Origin: a virus
Strand: one strand, 5' to 3'
Length of the DNA: 64,000 nt
IMG/VR virus record: IMGVR_UViG_3300030202_003496
Location: 1 to 64,000 of that record
The position numbers and the translations under genes are program-made. This document shows, piece after piece, positions 1 through 10,353 of this stretch. The notes below the pieces were generated by a model that was not told the origin of the DNA, did not search any database, and saw only the letters and a program-made list of their open reading frames with translations. Numbering within the stretch: the stretch's first letter is position 1; every line of letters begins with the position of its first letter.

Positions 1-333
1 GTAATTTTAGCTAAACACGCATTAAAAGCTAGACGTGCTATTGAAAAAGCAGGTGGTAATTCTACATCTAGAAAAATCCAAGATTTAATGTTTGATTTAA
101 GATACGAAGGTAATATAAAACTAAAGAATGTATTAGAAGCAAACCCTGATGGAACAATATCTAAAGACGAAGATAAAAAACGTGCAAAGCTTGTTAAAGA
201 TTCTGTTAAGAATATGGAAAAATTTGTAAAAGATATTCAAACACAAGCAGATAAAATTGGAGGCTCTTTTAGAAGTCCTGGTATTAGAGCAGAGGTTAAG
301 AAAGCAATTAAAGGTTTGTTTGAAAAATTATAA
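1..333 (+). CDS. 3' part of a hypothetical, probably virion/internal head, protein (open from window edge)
   Basis: Frame 1 is open from base 1 through the listed ATG at 88 to TAA at 333; Lys-rich. Confidence 0.6.
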   Translation, partial: VILAKHALKARRAIEKAGGNSTSRKIQDLMFDLRYEGNIKLKNVLEANPDGTISKDEDKKRAKLVKDSVKNMEKFVKDIQTQADKIGGSFRSPGIRAEVKKAIKGLFEKL

Positions 334-351
334 TAAAAAATAACAAAAATT

Positions 352-390
352 AAAAAAGTCCGGTATATATTTTTATATGTCGGATTTTTT
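352..390 (+). terminator. Intrinsic terminator-like hairpin overlapping a promoter motif
   Basis: aaaaaagtccggtatat / atatgtcggatttttt inverted repeat with G-U pairs, followed by a T-run. Confidence 0.55.
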
Positions 391-399
391 GTTTATATT
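376..399 (+). promoter_or_regulatory. Recurrent promoter-like motif TAT(G/C/A)TC-N12-TATATT (first of about 10 copies)
   Basis: Same spacing at 376, 22267, 24949, 25368, 29861, 34481, 39118, 42528, 46477 and 56012, all intergenic and upstream of + genes. Confidence 0.75.
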
Positions 400-433
400 A
401 GATATAAATTAAGTTTAACTAAAAATAATACAA

Positions 434-805
434 ATGGCTTATAACAGAAATCAAAAGCACAGAAATCACTCTTCTACAAATCAGAGAGGTGACAAACCAA
501 GAAAACAATTTAGAAAGAAATTAGGAAGACATGAATTTTTTCTAGAAGGAAATCCATCAGGTGTTAAGGTACCAGATGCTAGTTCAGGTACATTAGAGCG
601 AGCATTAAAATATCTTAAGCGTCAAATGAAAGATGAAGATGTAATAGGACAATATCGTTCTAGAAAAGAATACATAAAGCCTTCTCAAAGAAAACGAGTA
701 CAGAAAAATGAGGCTATAAGAAAAAACAAATACGAGCTTAAAAAACAAGCTATGATGGAAAAGAACTATGTATGGACAGCTATGGTCAAAGACAAGGCTC
801 AATAG
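434..805 (+). CDS. rpsU: Phage-encoded ribosomal protein bS21 with N- and C-terminal extensions
   Basis: Core LERALKYLKRQ...YRSRKEYIKPSQRKR matches the bS21 signature (ALrrFKr...R.yYeKPS..R); next to capsid genes as in described bS21 phages. Confidence 0.85.
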   Translation: MAYNRNQKHRNHSSTNQRGDKPRKQFRKKLGRHEFFLEGNPSGVKVPDASSGTLERALKYLKRQMKDEDVIGQYRSRKEYIKPSQRKRVQKNEAIRKNKYELKKQAMMEKNYVWTAMVKDKAQ

Positions 806-829
806 TTAAAAAAAGTTAATATTATTATT

Positions 830-859
830 AAAGAGAGGTAATTTTTATCTCTCTTTTTT
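830..859 (+). terminator. Intrinsic terminator after rpsU
   Basis: aaagagaggtaa / ttatctctcttt stem followed by a T-run. Confidence 0.7.
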
Positions 860-1008
860 AGTTTTTTATGAAAGTAGTATATACTTATATATACAACAGG
901 TATACAAAAATGTCACTATCTTCTATATAGTACAGTATACAGATTAAACACAATCTATTATAGGTCCTAATACCTATATTTCCAAAAACATATTTAAGGA
1001 GAGTAATA

Positions 1009-1962
1009 ATGTCAAAAGACTTATTAAAAGAAGCAATCGCTGATGCAAAGGCTGTTCGTTCAACTGCTATTGCAAACGCAAAACTTGCTCTTGAAGAAGC
1101 TTTCACTCCAAAACTACAATCTATGTTATCTCAAAAAATCGCTGAAGAGATGGACGAAGAGTTAGAAGAAGAAGAGGATTTAGAAACTACGGATACGTCA
1201 ATCGAAGATGACGAAGCTGCAGTTGCTGATACTACTGCTGACGCTGCTGACACTGGTTCTGCGGATGATGAAACAGAAGAAACTGGTGAAGATGTACCGG
1301 CTGATGAATCATACGAAGAAGGCGAAGAGGTAGAAGAAGAAATGTACGAAGGAGAGGAAGAAGTTGAAGAAGATTTAGAATTAGAATCTATCATTAAAGA
1401 ATTAGAAGCTGACGAAGTAGAAGAGACTGAAGAAGTTGAAGAAACTGAGGAAGTGGAAGAAGCTATGGAAGAGACTGAGGATGAATTATCTGAAACAGAA
1501 GAAGAGAAAGTTGAAGAAGAAGAGATGGATTTAGAAGAAATCATCAAATCTTTACAAGAAGATGAAGAAATGGAAGAATTAGAGGAAACTGAAGAGGTTG
1601 ACGAAACTGAAAAAGAACTTGAAGAAGCTTACAAAGTTATCAAATTCTTAAAAGGTAAAATCAATGAAGTTAATTTACTAAACTCTAAATTACTTTATTC
1701 TAACAAATTATTCAGAAGTAACAATTTGAACGAATCGCAGAAGGTGAAGGTTATCGAAACTTTCGATAGAGCAAATTCAGTAAGAGAAGTTAAATTAGTT
1801 TATTCTACTTTAGCAGAATCTTTAACTGCATATACTCCAAAGAAAAGAGTTAACGAAAACTTTGCATCTAGCACAACGAAATCTACGAAGCCATCGAAAG
1901 ATGTAATCGTCGAAGCTAATACATTTGCAACAAGAATGCAAAGATTAGCGGGATTAAAATAA
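1009..1962 (+). CDS. Prohead core/scaffolding protein
   Basis: Extremely Glu-rich coiled coil, C-terminal RMQRLAGLK, directly upstream of major capsid; strong SD (taaggag). Confidence 0.75.
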   Translation: MSKDLLKEAIADAKAVRSTAIANAKLALEEAFTPKLQSMLSQKIAEEMDEELEEEEDLETTDTSIEDDEAAVADTTADAADTGSADDETEETGEDVPADESYEEGEEVEEEMYEGEEEVEEDLELESIIKELEADEVEETEEVEETEEVEEAMEETEDELSETEEEKVEEEEMDLEEIIKSLQEDEEMEELEETEEVDETEKELEEAYKVIKFLKGKINEVNLLNSKLLYSNKLFRSNNLNESQKVKVIETFDRANSVREVKLVYSTLAESLTAYTPKKRVNENFASSTTKSTKPSKDVIVEANTFATRMQRLAGLK

Positions 1963-1988
1963 TTTTTAGAAAATAGGAGACTTATAAA

Positions 1989-3581
1989 ATGTCACAAATT
2001 AACAATTTATTACAAGATTCTCAAGCGCAATTTAAGGCTCAGAGAAACGAAACAAAAGGTCTTGTAACTAAATGGGAAGGCACAGGTCTTTTAGAAGGAA
2101 TTAGCACAGAGTATGATAAACATAATACTGCAATCCTTTTAGAAAATCAAGCTAAACAACTTATCTCAGAAGCTAATACTACTAGTACTAGTGCTGCAGA
2201 AGAGTGGAATGGTGTTGCGCTTCCATTAGTACGAAGAATCTTTGGCGAATTATCTGCAAAGGAATTCGTTTCTGTTCAACCAATGAATTTACCATCAGGA
2301 CTAGTATTCTGGTTAGACTTCAAATATGGTGGTTCGGCTGGACAAGGAAAAGGACGTCACGCAATCGGTGATTCACTTTTCGGCAACACAACTTCAAAAG
2401 GTAAAGCTGACTTAACAAAAGGACTTTACGACAACTTTGATTTAGGTTCAACTGGTGGACAGGTTGGATATTCTTTAGGGAAAGTTCGATCTGCTTCATG
2501 TGTAATTGAATCTGATGGTAGTGTACACGTACTTGATGCTGATGGTATCGATATGTCAATCTGGAATTCATTCTATGCTATTTCAGGTTCATCTCACAAA
2601 ATTGCAACAGCATCTAATGTACTTAACAACGGTGGTAATTCTAACGTAACAACTGCAGTTGCTCTTGGATTTGATAACACAACTCCAATTTCTGCAACAG
2701 GTGTTATGGATGTATATTACTATACTAACACTATCCTTGCTACTAAGAGAGGTGATTTTGAAGATAGAAATATTCCAGAAATCGGTGGTGCTGTTAGTAA
2801 CGCTGTTGGAATGGCAACTGCATCTAAAGGACTTGACCTTGAAATTCCAGAAATCGAAGTTAACTTAGCTCAAGAGGCTTTAGTTGCTAAGACTAGAAAA
2901 CTTAAAGTTAAGTGGTCACCAGAATTCGCTCAAGATTTGAATGCTTATCACTCAATCGACGCGGAAGCTGAATTAACTTCAATGCTATCTGAATACATTA
3001 CAATGGAAATCGATTTAGAAATCCTTGCAATGCTTCATTCAGCTGCATCTGGTTCAGGATTCAAAAGTGAATTTGCTGGAGCTGCTGCTGCAGGTGGTGA
3101 AACTTACCAAGACCAATACGCTAAGTTAGGTGTAGCTATGCAAGCAATGTCAAATGCTATCCATCAATCAACTATGCGTGGTGGTGCTAACTTTGCTGTA
3201 ATGTCACCAGCTATCGCAACTTACGTTGAGTCAATCCCAGGATATAACGCAAACACTGACGGTACTGCTGGACAGTTTGCAATGGGTGTAGAATCTATTG
3301 GTTCATTAAAGAACAGATGGACAATCTATAAAAACCCTTATATGACTGGTAATGAAATCTTAATGGGATATAGAGGAAATCAATTCCTAGAAACAGGTGC
3401 TGTATTTGCTCCATACATTCCGTTAATCATGACTCCACTAGTTTATGACCCAACTAACTTTACTCCAAGAAAAGGTGTGATGACTAGATACGCTAAGAAA
3501 GTTGTAAGAAACGACTTCTATGGTGTTATCAATTGTAATCTTGCTTCTGAATGGACATCAATAGGTGCTTTACCTTCATAA
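1989..3581 (+). CDS. Major capsid protein (T4 gp23-like)
   Basis: Motifs LLENQ, PLVRR, VQPMxxPSGLVF, AKTRKLK..WSPE.AQDL.AYH, APYIPL, GVMTRYA. Confidence 0.95.
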   Translation: MSQINNLLQDSQAQFKAQRNETKGLVTKWEGTGLLEGISTEYDKHNTAILLENQAKQLISEANTTSTSAAEEWNGVALPLVRRIFGELSAKEFVSVQPMNLPSGLVFWLDFKYGGSAGQGKGRHAIGDSLFGNTTSKGKADLTKGLYDNFDLGSTGGQVGYSLGKVRSASCVIESDGSVHVLDADGIDMSIWNSFYAISGSSHKIATASNVLNNGGNSNVTTAVALGFDNTTPISATGVMDVYYYTNTILATKRGDFEDRNIPEIGGAVSNAVGMATASKGLDLEIPEIEVNLAQEALVAKTRKLKVKWSPEFAQDLNAYHSIDAEAELTSMLSEYITMEIDLEILAMLHSAASGSGFKSEFAGAAAAGGETYQDQYAKLGVAMQAMSNAIHQSTMRGGANFAVMSPAIATYVESIPGYNANTDGTAGQFAMGVESIGSLKNRWTIYKNPYMTGNEILMGYRGNQFLETGAVFAPYIPLIMTPLVYDPTNFTPRKGVMTRYAKKVVRNDFYGVINCNLASEWTSIGALPS

Positions 3582-3613
3582 TAGGTAATAACACTTATAT
3601 AGTTGTTAATATT

Positions 3614-3642
3614 AAAGGCCCTACTTCGGTAGGGCTTTTTTT
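3614..3642 (+). terminator. Intrinsic terminator after major capsid gene
   Basis: gccctac-TTCG-gtagggc stem-loop followed by T7. Confidence 0.9.
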
Positions 3643-3681
3643 ATGTCTGCATATTTATACTAAATACAATGGAGGTTCATC

Positions 3682-4344
3682 ATGGCTAAACAGAATATAG
3701 AAAAAACACCACCGAAAGGAAACGTTAAGTTTTCAATAACACTATCAGAAGAGCAGAAAGCCGCAAAACAAGCAGTGCTACACCATCCTTATAATTTTAT
3801 AGTTGGTAAAGCAGGAAGTGGTAAAACTTTATTGGCATGCCAAGTAGCTTTAGATATGTTTTTCAAAAGAATGATTAACAAAATAATTATTACACGTCCA
3901 ACTGTTTCTACAGAAGATAACGGGTTCTTACCAGGTTCTGAAAAAGAAAAGATGGAGCCGTGGTTAGTGCCTATTAGGTCTAATATGAGAAAGGTATATA
4001 ATAAACCTACTATATTAGAGAAAATGGAAAATAACGAAGATATAGAACTTGTATCACTGGCACATTTTAGAGGTAGAACATTTGAAAATTCAGTCGTAAT
4101 AGTAGATGAGTTTCAGAATTTAACTAGGTCTCAATTAAGAATGGCATTAGGTAGACTAGGTAAAGGTTCTACAATGATATTTTGTGGAGATAATCAGCAG
4201 ATAGATTTGAAAGATAAAAACTATTCAGCAATACATGATATAGCAAAAGTCGCTGATTCTGAGTATGTATATAAAAGAATACTATTAGATAACCATAGAC
4301 ACCCAGCAATAGATGAAGTGTTTGAAATGTTAATGGGAATGTAG
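3682..4344 (+). CDS. phoH: PhoH-like ATPase
   Basis: GKAGSGKT Walker A, GFLPG, RGRTF, DEFQN, GDxxQxD, RHP motifs. Confidence 0.92.
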   Translation: MAKQNIEKTPPKGNVKFSITLSEEQKAAKQAVLHHPYNFIVGKAGSGKTLLACQVALDMFFKRMINKIIITRPTVSTEDNGFLPGSEKEKMEPWLVPIRSNMRKVYNKPTILEKMENNEDIELVSLAHFRGRTFENSVVIVDEFQNLTRSQLRMALGRLGKGSTMIFCGDNQQIDLKDKNYSAIHDIAKVADSEYVYKRILLDNHRHPAIDEVFEMLMGM

Positions 4345-4422
4345 TATAACAAATAGCTTGCTTCTTGATATTTATATAAAAAGGTAGACTTAGCGAATAT
4401 TGTAATATAAGGAGTGTTAAAG

Positions 4423-4884
4423 ATGGCAAACTTAAAGGTAACTATTAAAGAAGATATAGAATTAAACGGCTCACAGCAAGGTGGCGTTTTTGCAAAAACA
4501 TATACAAATATAACAGATATATATAAAAGAATATTTACTGCACCATCAAACACAGAAGTAAGCTTATATACTACTCACGCATCACAAACAGAAGGTAGTG
4601 TGTTAGATAAAGACTCTATAAAGTATGTAAGAGTAACTAATTTATCTACTCAATATACATCATCTGTACAAATAACTGCTGCTGACGACGGTGTAGCTTG
4701 GGTGCAAATTGCACCTGGAGCTAGTTTTATGTTATCAAATCATTCAGAAGGTATTGATACATCAACATCGGCAGATGTAACACAGCCTAATATAACTTGG
4801 AGCAATATAACATCTATGAGTGCAGCAGGCGTTTCTGGCTCAATGCAGCTAGAATTATTTGCAGCATCTACAACTAACGGATAA
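4423..4884 (+). CDS. Hypothetical virion-associated protein
   Basis: ATG 4423 follows SD aaggag; Ser/Thr-rich beta-type sequence within the structural module. Confidence 0.6.
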   Translation: MANLKVTIKEDIELNGSQQGGVFAKTYTNITDIYKRIFTAPSNTEVSLYTTHASQTEGSVLDKDSIKYVRVTNLSTQYTSSVQITAADDGVAWVQIAPGASFMLSNHSEGIDTSTSADVTQPNITWSNITSMSAAGVSGSMQLELFAASTTNG

Positions 4885-4896
4885 AGAGGATAATAA

Positions 4897-6054
4897 ATGG
4901 CAAATATAACAATATATGATGGTTCAGCAACTTCAATAAGCGGTAACACCCCTTTTGGTTTATATGATGCTGATTTGACATTTCAGAATGATGGTCCTAA
5001 GGTTGCTGATTGGTGCGCGCACCGTTTAGGATATCCTATAACAGATATAGAATTACAGGACGTTCAATTATTTGCCTGCTTTGAAGAGGCAATAACAGAG
5101 TACAGCTCTCAAGTAAATAGATTTAATATAAGAGAAAATCTATTAAGTGCAAAAGGTAATTCAACAGCATCAAATTTTACACAAAAGTTAATAACTCCTA
5201 ATTTAGGAAGACTAATAGGTTTATCAAAGCAATATGGTAGTGAAGTTGGAAGTGGTGGTTTGGTTGATTGGAAGTCAGGTTTTATAACAACAGTAACAGA
5301 ATCATCAGGAGCAAATACTGGCAGTTGGAAACAAGAATATGATTTAGCAACTTACTTAACAGGCTCTGATGGAATCGGCGTAACTAAAGACTTAGAAGTT
5401 AAAAGAATTTTTCACCAAAAATCACCAGCACAATCTAGACATTATGACCCACAGTTTGGTTCAGATTACGCATTAAATAGTATGGGTTGGGGAGGAACAA
5501 TGGCTGGATTAAATTATTTGATGTTACCTCTATACGATGATTTATTAAAAATTCAACAGGTAGAATTTACAGATACAATAAGAAAATCTCACTACTCTTT
5601 TGAGTTAATAAATAATAAATTAAGAATATTTCCTAGACCTAAAGAAGCATTCAGTTTGTGGATACAATATATTGAAACAGAGGATAGAGACACTCTTGTA
5701 GTTGAGGACGCTATTTCTGACTATTCTAACTTTGGTTATGACAATATGGTGTATTCAAATATAAATGACCCAGGAAAACAATGGATAAAGAAATATACTT
5801 TATCGTTGGTTAAACAAGTATTAGGTTCTGTAAGAAGTAAATATAGCTCTATACCAATTCCTGGTTCAGAAACAACTCTTGATGGCGATACACTTAGAAG
5901 TGAAGGGGCTGCAGAAGCTGAAGCTTTAATCGGTAATTTAAGAGAAGATTTAGAAGCTGCATCTCGTAGAAATTTAATGGAAAAAGAAAACGAAATAACA
6001 GATTTTCAACAAGGTATGCTTAATAAAGCACCGCTTAATATATACATAGGATAA
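4897..6054 (+). CDS. Neck/head-tail adaptor protein (T4 gp13-like)
   Basis: LGYP..DIEL...Q, W..kY..sL.K..LG..RSKY..IP.PG...LDG motifs; position after capsid genes. Confidence 0.8.
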   Translation: MANITIYDGSATSISGNTPFGLYDADLTFQNDGPKVADWCAHRLGYPITDIELQDVQLFACFEEAITEYSSQVNRFNIRENLLSAKGNSTASNFTQKLITPNLGRLIGLSKQYGSEVGSGGLVDWKSGFITTVTESSGANTGSWKQEYDLATYLTGSDGIGVTKDLEVKRIFHQKSPAQSRHYDPQFGSDYALNSMGWGGTMAGLNYLMLPLYDDLLKIQQVEFTDTIRKSHYSFELINNKLRIFPRPKEAFSLWIQYIETEDRDTLVVEDAISDYSNFGYDNMVYSNINDPGKQWIKKYTLSLVKQVLGSVRSKYSSIPIPGSETTLDGDTLRSEGAAEAEALIGNLREDLEAASRRNLMEKENEITDFQQGMLNKAPLNIYIG

Positions 6055-6055
6055 T

Positions 6056-6658
6056 ATGGCACTATTTGGTTCAGCAAGAGATATAAGCATGTTTAGACAT
6101 GTCAATAGGGAGTTAATCAATGAGATAATTGATACTCGCTGTGATATATACAAGCATTCTATTTTTGATAGCAAAGAAAATCTATATGGAGAAGCACTAA
6201 GAAAAGTATTTTTACCAGGTGTTAGAGTTGCAGGTCTTATAGAAAAAGAAGGTAAAGACTATACATCAAATTCTGAAGGTTCGGATTATACAAGACAAGT
6301 TAAGTTTTCATTTTTAAGAGATGACCTTGCAGCGTTAGAACTAGGTGATATAAACAATACCACTGACCCGAATGAAAATGCTCAACAAGCAAATGTATAT
6401 TTAGAAATTGGTGATGTATTACATTGGGATGGTAATTATCATGAAATAGATACTGTATCTCAAGGACAATATTTATTTGGCAAGAATCCAAGTACAGACT
6501 CTCTTGGTGGAACACACGGAGCTCAATGGTCTGTTATTGTAAATACACATGAAATGAGAAGAAGCAAAATAAACACTCTTGAAAATGTCAGAGCAGGATA
6601 TGATGAGTATGTTAAAGGAAATAAGATAGACGAGCAGAGAGGAGGATTATATGGTTAA
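6056..6658 (+). CDS. Neck/head-closure protein (gp14-like)
   Basis: ENLYGEA and IGDVL..D..Y.EI motifs; synteny with gp13 and gp15. Confidence 0.6.
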   Translation: MALFGSARDISMFRHVNRELINEIIDTRCDIYKHSIFDSKENLYGEALRKVFLPGVRVAGLIEKEGKDYTSNSEGSDYTRQVKFSFLRDDLAALELGDINNTTDPNENAQQANVYLEIGDVLHWDGNYHEIDTVSQGQYLFGKNPSTDSLGGTHGAQWSVIVNTHEMRRSKINTLENVRAGYDEYVKGNKIDEQRGGLYG

Positions 6659-7595
6659 TCGAGCCGACCAAATAAGACGTGACGATAAGATTAAAGACTT
6701 ATATGTAAATCTTTATGATGTAGATACTGTAATAAAATACTATTTTGATAATGTAATACAGCCAACTGTTATGGAAGGCGAGCAGAAAATAAATGTACCT
6801 ATAATATATGGTTCACCAGAAAGATGGAAATCAGTTCAAAAATCTGGATTGTTAAGAGATGCAAAAGGCAAAGTTCAATATCCTGCTATTGTATATAAAC
6901 GAACTAGTGTAGAGAAAAATAAATCACTAGGAAATAAAGTTGATGCAAAAAATCCATTATACGCATCTTTTCAAAAGCAATATACTGCAAGAAACAAGTA
7001 TGACAACTTTGAAGTATTAAATAATAGACAGCCTGTAAAACAATTCCATAGTGTAGTTGTACCTGATTATGTAAATTTAACATACACATGTATTATATTT
7101 TCAGAGTATTTAGAACAACTAAATAAGATAGTTGAAGATATAAATTATGCTGGAGGCCAATATTGGGGCCAGGATGAATCATTCAAATTTCTTTCTAAAA
7201 TTGACAGTTTTGACATTGAGTCTGTTGCTGAACAAGGACAAGATAGAATATCTAAAGCCAACTTTACACTTACCCTAAATGGATTTATAATACCAGATAA
7301 TATCCAGAAGTCTATGAGCAATTTCAGTTCTAAGACATTTAGTCAAGTTAAAGTTGAAGTACAAGCAGAATCAGTAAAAACATTAAATGAATTAAATAAT
7401 ATAGGTAGACAACAAACAAATAATATATTCAGTAGTCCTAGTACACCTCAGCAACAAGCGCAAGATTTTGATGGCGCTCAAGCAGACTCAGATAACCCTG
7501 CAGGAGGACCATATAATTATCCAGGAATATGGGACGAGTTAACGACTGAACAACAAGAAGACTGGATTGACCACGTGAATCAAGGTGGTTCGTAA
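6651..7595 (+). CDS. Tail terminator/sheath stabilizer (gp15-like)
   Basis: VPIIYGSPERW and P.YV.LTY..II motifs; synteny. Confidence 0.7.
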   Translation: MVNRADQIRRDDKIKDLYVNLYDVDTVIKYYFDNVIQPTVMEGEQKINVPIIYGSPERWKSVQKSGLLRDAKGKVQYPAIVYKRTSVEKNKSLGNKVDAKNPLYASFQKQYTARNKYDNFEVLNNRQPVKQFHSVVVPDYVNLTYTCIIFSEYLEQLNKIVEDINYAGGQYWGQDESFKFLSKIDSFDIESVAEQGQDRISKANFTLTLNGFIIPDNIQKSMSNFSSKTFSQVKVEVQAESVKTLNELNNIGRQQTNNIFSSPSTPQQQAQDFDGAQADSDNPAGGPYNYPGIWDELTTEQQEDWIDHVNQGGS

Positions 7596-7620
7596 CAATT
7601 AAATAAAGGAGAAAAAAGTT

Positions 7621-7890
7621 ATGGCACAAGTAAAAACAAATGAAGGCAAAAAATTTACAGAAGAAGAAATGAAAAAGGTTCAAGAGATTAAAACAAAGTA
7701 TAATGAAATACAAATAAATCTCGGTCAAATAGAATTAGATAAAATACTAATTGACGAACAAAGAAATACGCTTATGAAGGAGTATTCAGAAGTAAGAAAA
7801 GCAGAAGTAGAATATGCTAAGATACTATCAGACAAATATGGTTTAGGTACATTAGATATAGAAACTGGCGTTTTTATTCCTCAGCAATAG
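7621..7890 (+). CDS. Small coiled-coil hypothetical protein
   Basis: Strong SD; C-terminal KYG.GTLDIETG.F motif. Confidence 0.7.
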   Translation: MAQVKTNEGKKFTEEEMKKVQEIKTKYNEIQINLGQIELDKILIDEQRNTLMKEYSEVRKAEVEYAKILSDKYGLGTLDIETGVFIPQQ

Positions 7891-7979
7891 CAATTTTTGA
7901 GATTGAATCTTTATATTTATTATATGAATTAACGTGAATAATGTATCACAATTATTATACAATTTAAGGAGACGAATAA

Positions 7980-10316
7980 ATGGCTGAAAAAATAGTTAGC
8001 CCTGGTGTATTTACAAGAGAAAACGACCTATCTTTTGTGCAACAAGGAATAGGGGCAATCGGTGCTGCAATAGTAGGACCAACAGTAAAAGGTCCGGCAA
8101 TGGTACCAACAAAGGTATTTTCTTATACAGAATATCAAACTTTGTTTGGTGACTCATTCAAGTCAGGAAGTGATTATTTTCAATACTTCACATCAATAAC
8201 CGCAAAAGAATACTTAAAGCATGGAGGCCCGCTAACAGTTGTAAGAACACTGGCAGGTACTTATTCAAATGCTACAGCATCTTCACACTTGGCTAAAACA
8301 TCAACGCCATTAGTTGTTCCAGTAGTCTATACATGGAGTTTAGCAGACGGTGCAATGAACCAAACGTACAATATTGTTGATGGTACTCTAATACAATATA
8401 CTGCATCTAATGGTACAGCTTATTTATTCCAAGCAGAATCAGGTGTAATACCGGCTAACAACCCAACATATCCTACAAACGCTGCAGGAACAACCAAAGG
8501 TATTTATTATTTCGCAATCGGAGCTGCTTTAGATGTAGATGGTGGACAGGCTTTACACAGTACAGCTAATAATTTCTATGCAGGTAATACTGGTTCAGGT
8601 GGTGGTAGTTTTAATGCTATTACAGGTGATACGTTAACTTCTGCATCATTCGATACTTCACAGCCAATTGTAACGTGGCAAATAACAGGTTCAACTTCTG
8701 CAGTAGGTGATATTACAATTATATCAGGTTCAAATACATCACAATCATTAGAAGGTGGTATTGCTGGTGGTGCTTCAACTACATTTACAGCATCTGTTGG
8801 AGGTATTGGAATTCAATCAGGTGTACCTAAAGCTTTATCAAATCAAGGAGTTGCTACAACTTTTGATAACTTTACAGCATCATTCCACTTAAAAACAATT
8901 GGTGATGGTGAAGTTATGAATAGTACTCCAATTAACGACTTAAATGTAATTGATGTTGGTGCAAATGATTTATATACTTGGGGAAATAGAAAATACGGAA
9001 CAAAAGATAATTTAAGATGGGAAGTAAATACAGTATCTCAAACAAAAGGTACATTTACTGTACTTATTAGAAGAGGTGATGATACATCTAAACGTAAAGT
9101 TATTTTGGAAACTTGGAACGGTTGTTCATTAGACCCAGGTGCTAATAACTATATAGGAAATGTAATCGGTACTTCATTCAACATGATTGATACATCAGGT
9201 GCTACACCATTTATCCAGCCAGCTGGTAGTTATCCAAATCGTTCAAAATATGTATATGTAGACGAAGCAACAGTACTTCAAACAGTAGATTATTTAGATG
9301 ACAATGGAGACTTAACAGACGTAACAGCAACAGGTTCGCTACCATTGGAATCTTCTGGTTCATTTGGTGGAGGTAAAGATGGTGATGTTCAACATCCAAG
9401 ACTTATGTATGAAAACTATACACAGACAAATGTACAAGGATTAAACTTAGGCTTAGGTCAAACTGGTAATCAAGCTTATCTAGATGCAATATCTTTATTA
9501 GGTAATCAAGATGAATATGATATTAACCTATTGATTGCTCCAGGTGTTGATGATAACAACCATAACAACATTGTAGAACACATGCTTACTACATGTGAAG
9601 AACGTGGTGATATGATGACAATAGTTGACCCAGTACCTTATGGAATGGCTCTTGCAAATGCAGTAACAGAAGCTCAAGGAAAAGATTCGTCATACGGCGC
9701 AATGTATTGGCCATGGGTTCAAATAGCAGACTCACAAACAGGAAGATATATATGGGTTCCTCAATCGGCAATGATGCCAGGTATCTATGCTTTCAATGAT
9801 AAAGTAGCAGCTGAATGGTTTGCTCCTGCTGGTTTGAATAGAGGTGGTCAAGAAATAGTAGTACAAGCAGAAAGAAAATTAGCTCACGCTGATAGAGATA
9901 CTTTATATGAAGGAAATGTAAATCCAATTGCAACATTCCCTGGTGAAGGTGTTTGTGTATGGGGTCAGAAAACTCTTCAAAAGAAAGCATCAGCATTAGA
10001 TAGAGTAAATGTTAGAAGACTACTTATTAACCTTAAGAAATTCATCGCTTCAGTATCTAAATACTTAATCTTTGAAAATAATACAGCAACAACTAGAAAT
10101 CGATTTTTATCACAAGTTAACCCTTACATGGAATCTGTTCAACAAAGACAAGGTTTATATGCCTTCAAAGTTGTAATGGATGAATCGAATAACACTCCAG
10201 ATGTAATTGATAGAAATATCATGAAAGGAGATATATTCATTCAACCGGCTAAGGCAGCAGAGTTTATTGTTATTGACTTTAACATTATGCCAACTGGTGC
10301 AACGTTTAACGACTAA
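7980..10316 (+). CDS. Tail sheath protein (gp18-like)
   Basis: SPGVFTREND N-terminus; WFAPAG.NRG, WGQKTLQ, DRVNVRRL, P.KAAEFI. Confidence 0.95.
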   Translation: MAEKIVSPGVFTRENDLSFVQQGIGAIGAAIVGPTVKGPAMVPTKVFSYTEYQTLFGDSFKSGSDYFQYFTSITAKEYLKHGGPLTVVRTLAGTYSNATASSHLAKTSTPLVVPVVYTWSLADGAMNQTYNIVDGTLIQYTASNGTAYLFQAESGVIPANNPTYPTNAAGTTKGIYYFAIGAALDVDGGQALHSTANNFYAGNTGSGGGSFNAITGDTLTSASFDTSQPIVTWQITGSTSAVGDITIISGSNTSQSLEGGIAGGASTTFTASVGGIGIQSGVPKALSNQGVATTFDNFTASFHLKTIGDGEVMNSTPINDLNVIDVGANDLYTWGNRKYGTKDNLRWEVNTVSQTKGTFTVLIRRGDDTSKRKVILETWNGCSLDPGANNYIGNVIGTSFNMIDTSGATPFIQPAGSYPNRSKYVYVDEATVLQTVDYLDDNGDLTDVTATGSLPLESSGSFGGGKDGDVQHPRLMYENYTQTNVQGLNLGLGQTGNQAYLDAISLLGNQDEYDINLLIAPGVDDNNHNNIVEHMLTTCEERGDMMTIVDPVPYGMALANAVTEAQGKDSSYGAMYWPWVQIADSQTGRYIWVPQSAMMPGIYAFNDKVAAEWFAPAGLNRGGQEIVVQAERKLAHADRDTLYEGNVNPIATFPGEGVCVWGQKTLQKKASALDRVNVRRLLINLKKFIASVSKYLIFENNTATTRNRFLSQVNPYMESVQQRQGLYAFKVVMDESNNTPDVIDRNIMKGDIFIQPAKAAEFIVIDFNIMPTGATFND

Positions 10317-10353
10317 GGTGATATTTATATTAAATAAATAGGAGAAAAAAAGA

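Noticed and set aside
1131-1547. Ser-rich minus-strand ORF and the other minus-strand ORFs in the track
   Set aside because: They are antisense shadows of well-supported + genes (e.g. GAA repeats read as Ser), with no recognisable motifs.
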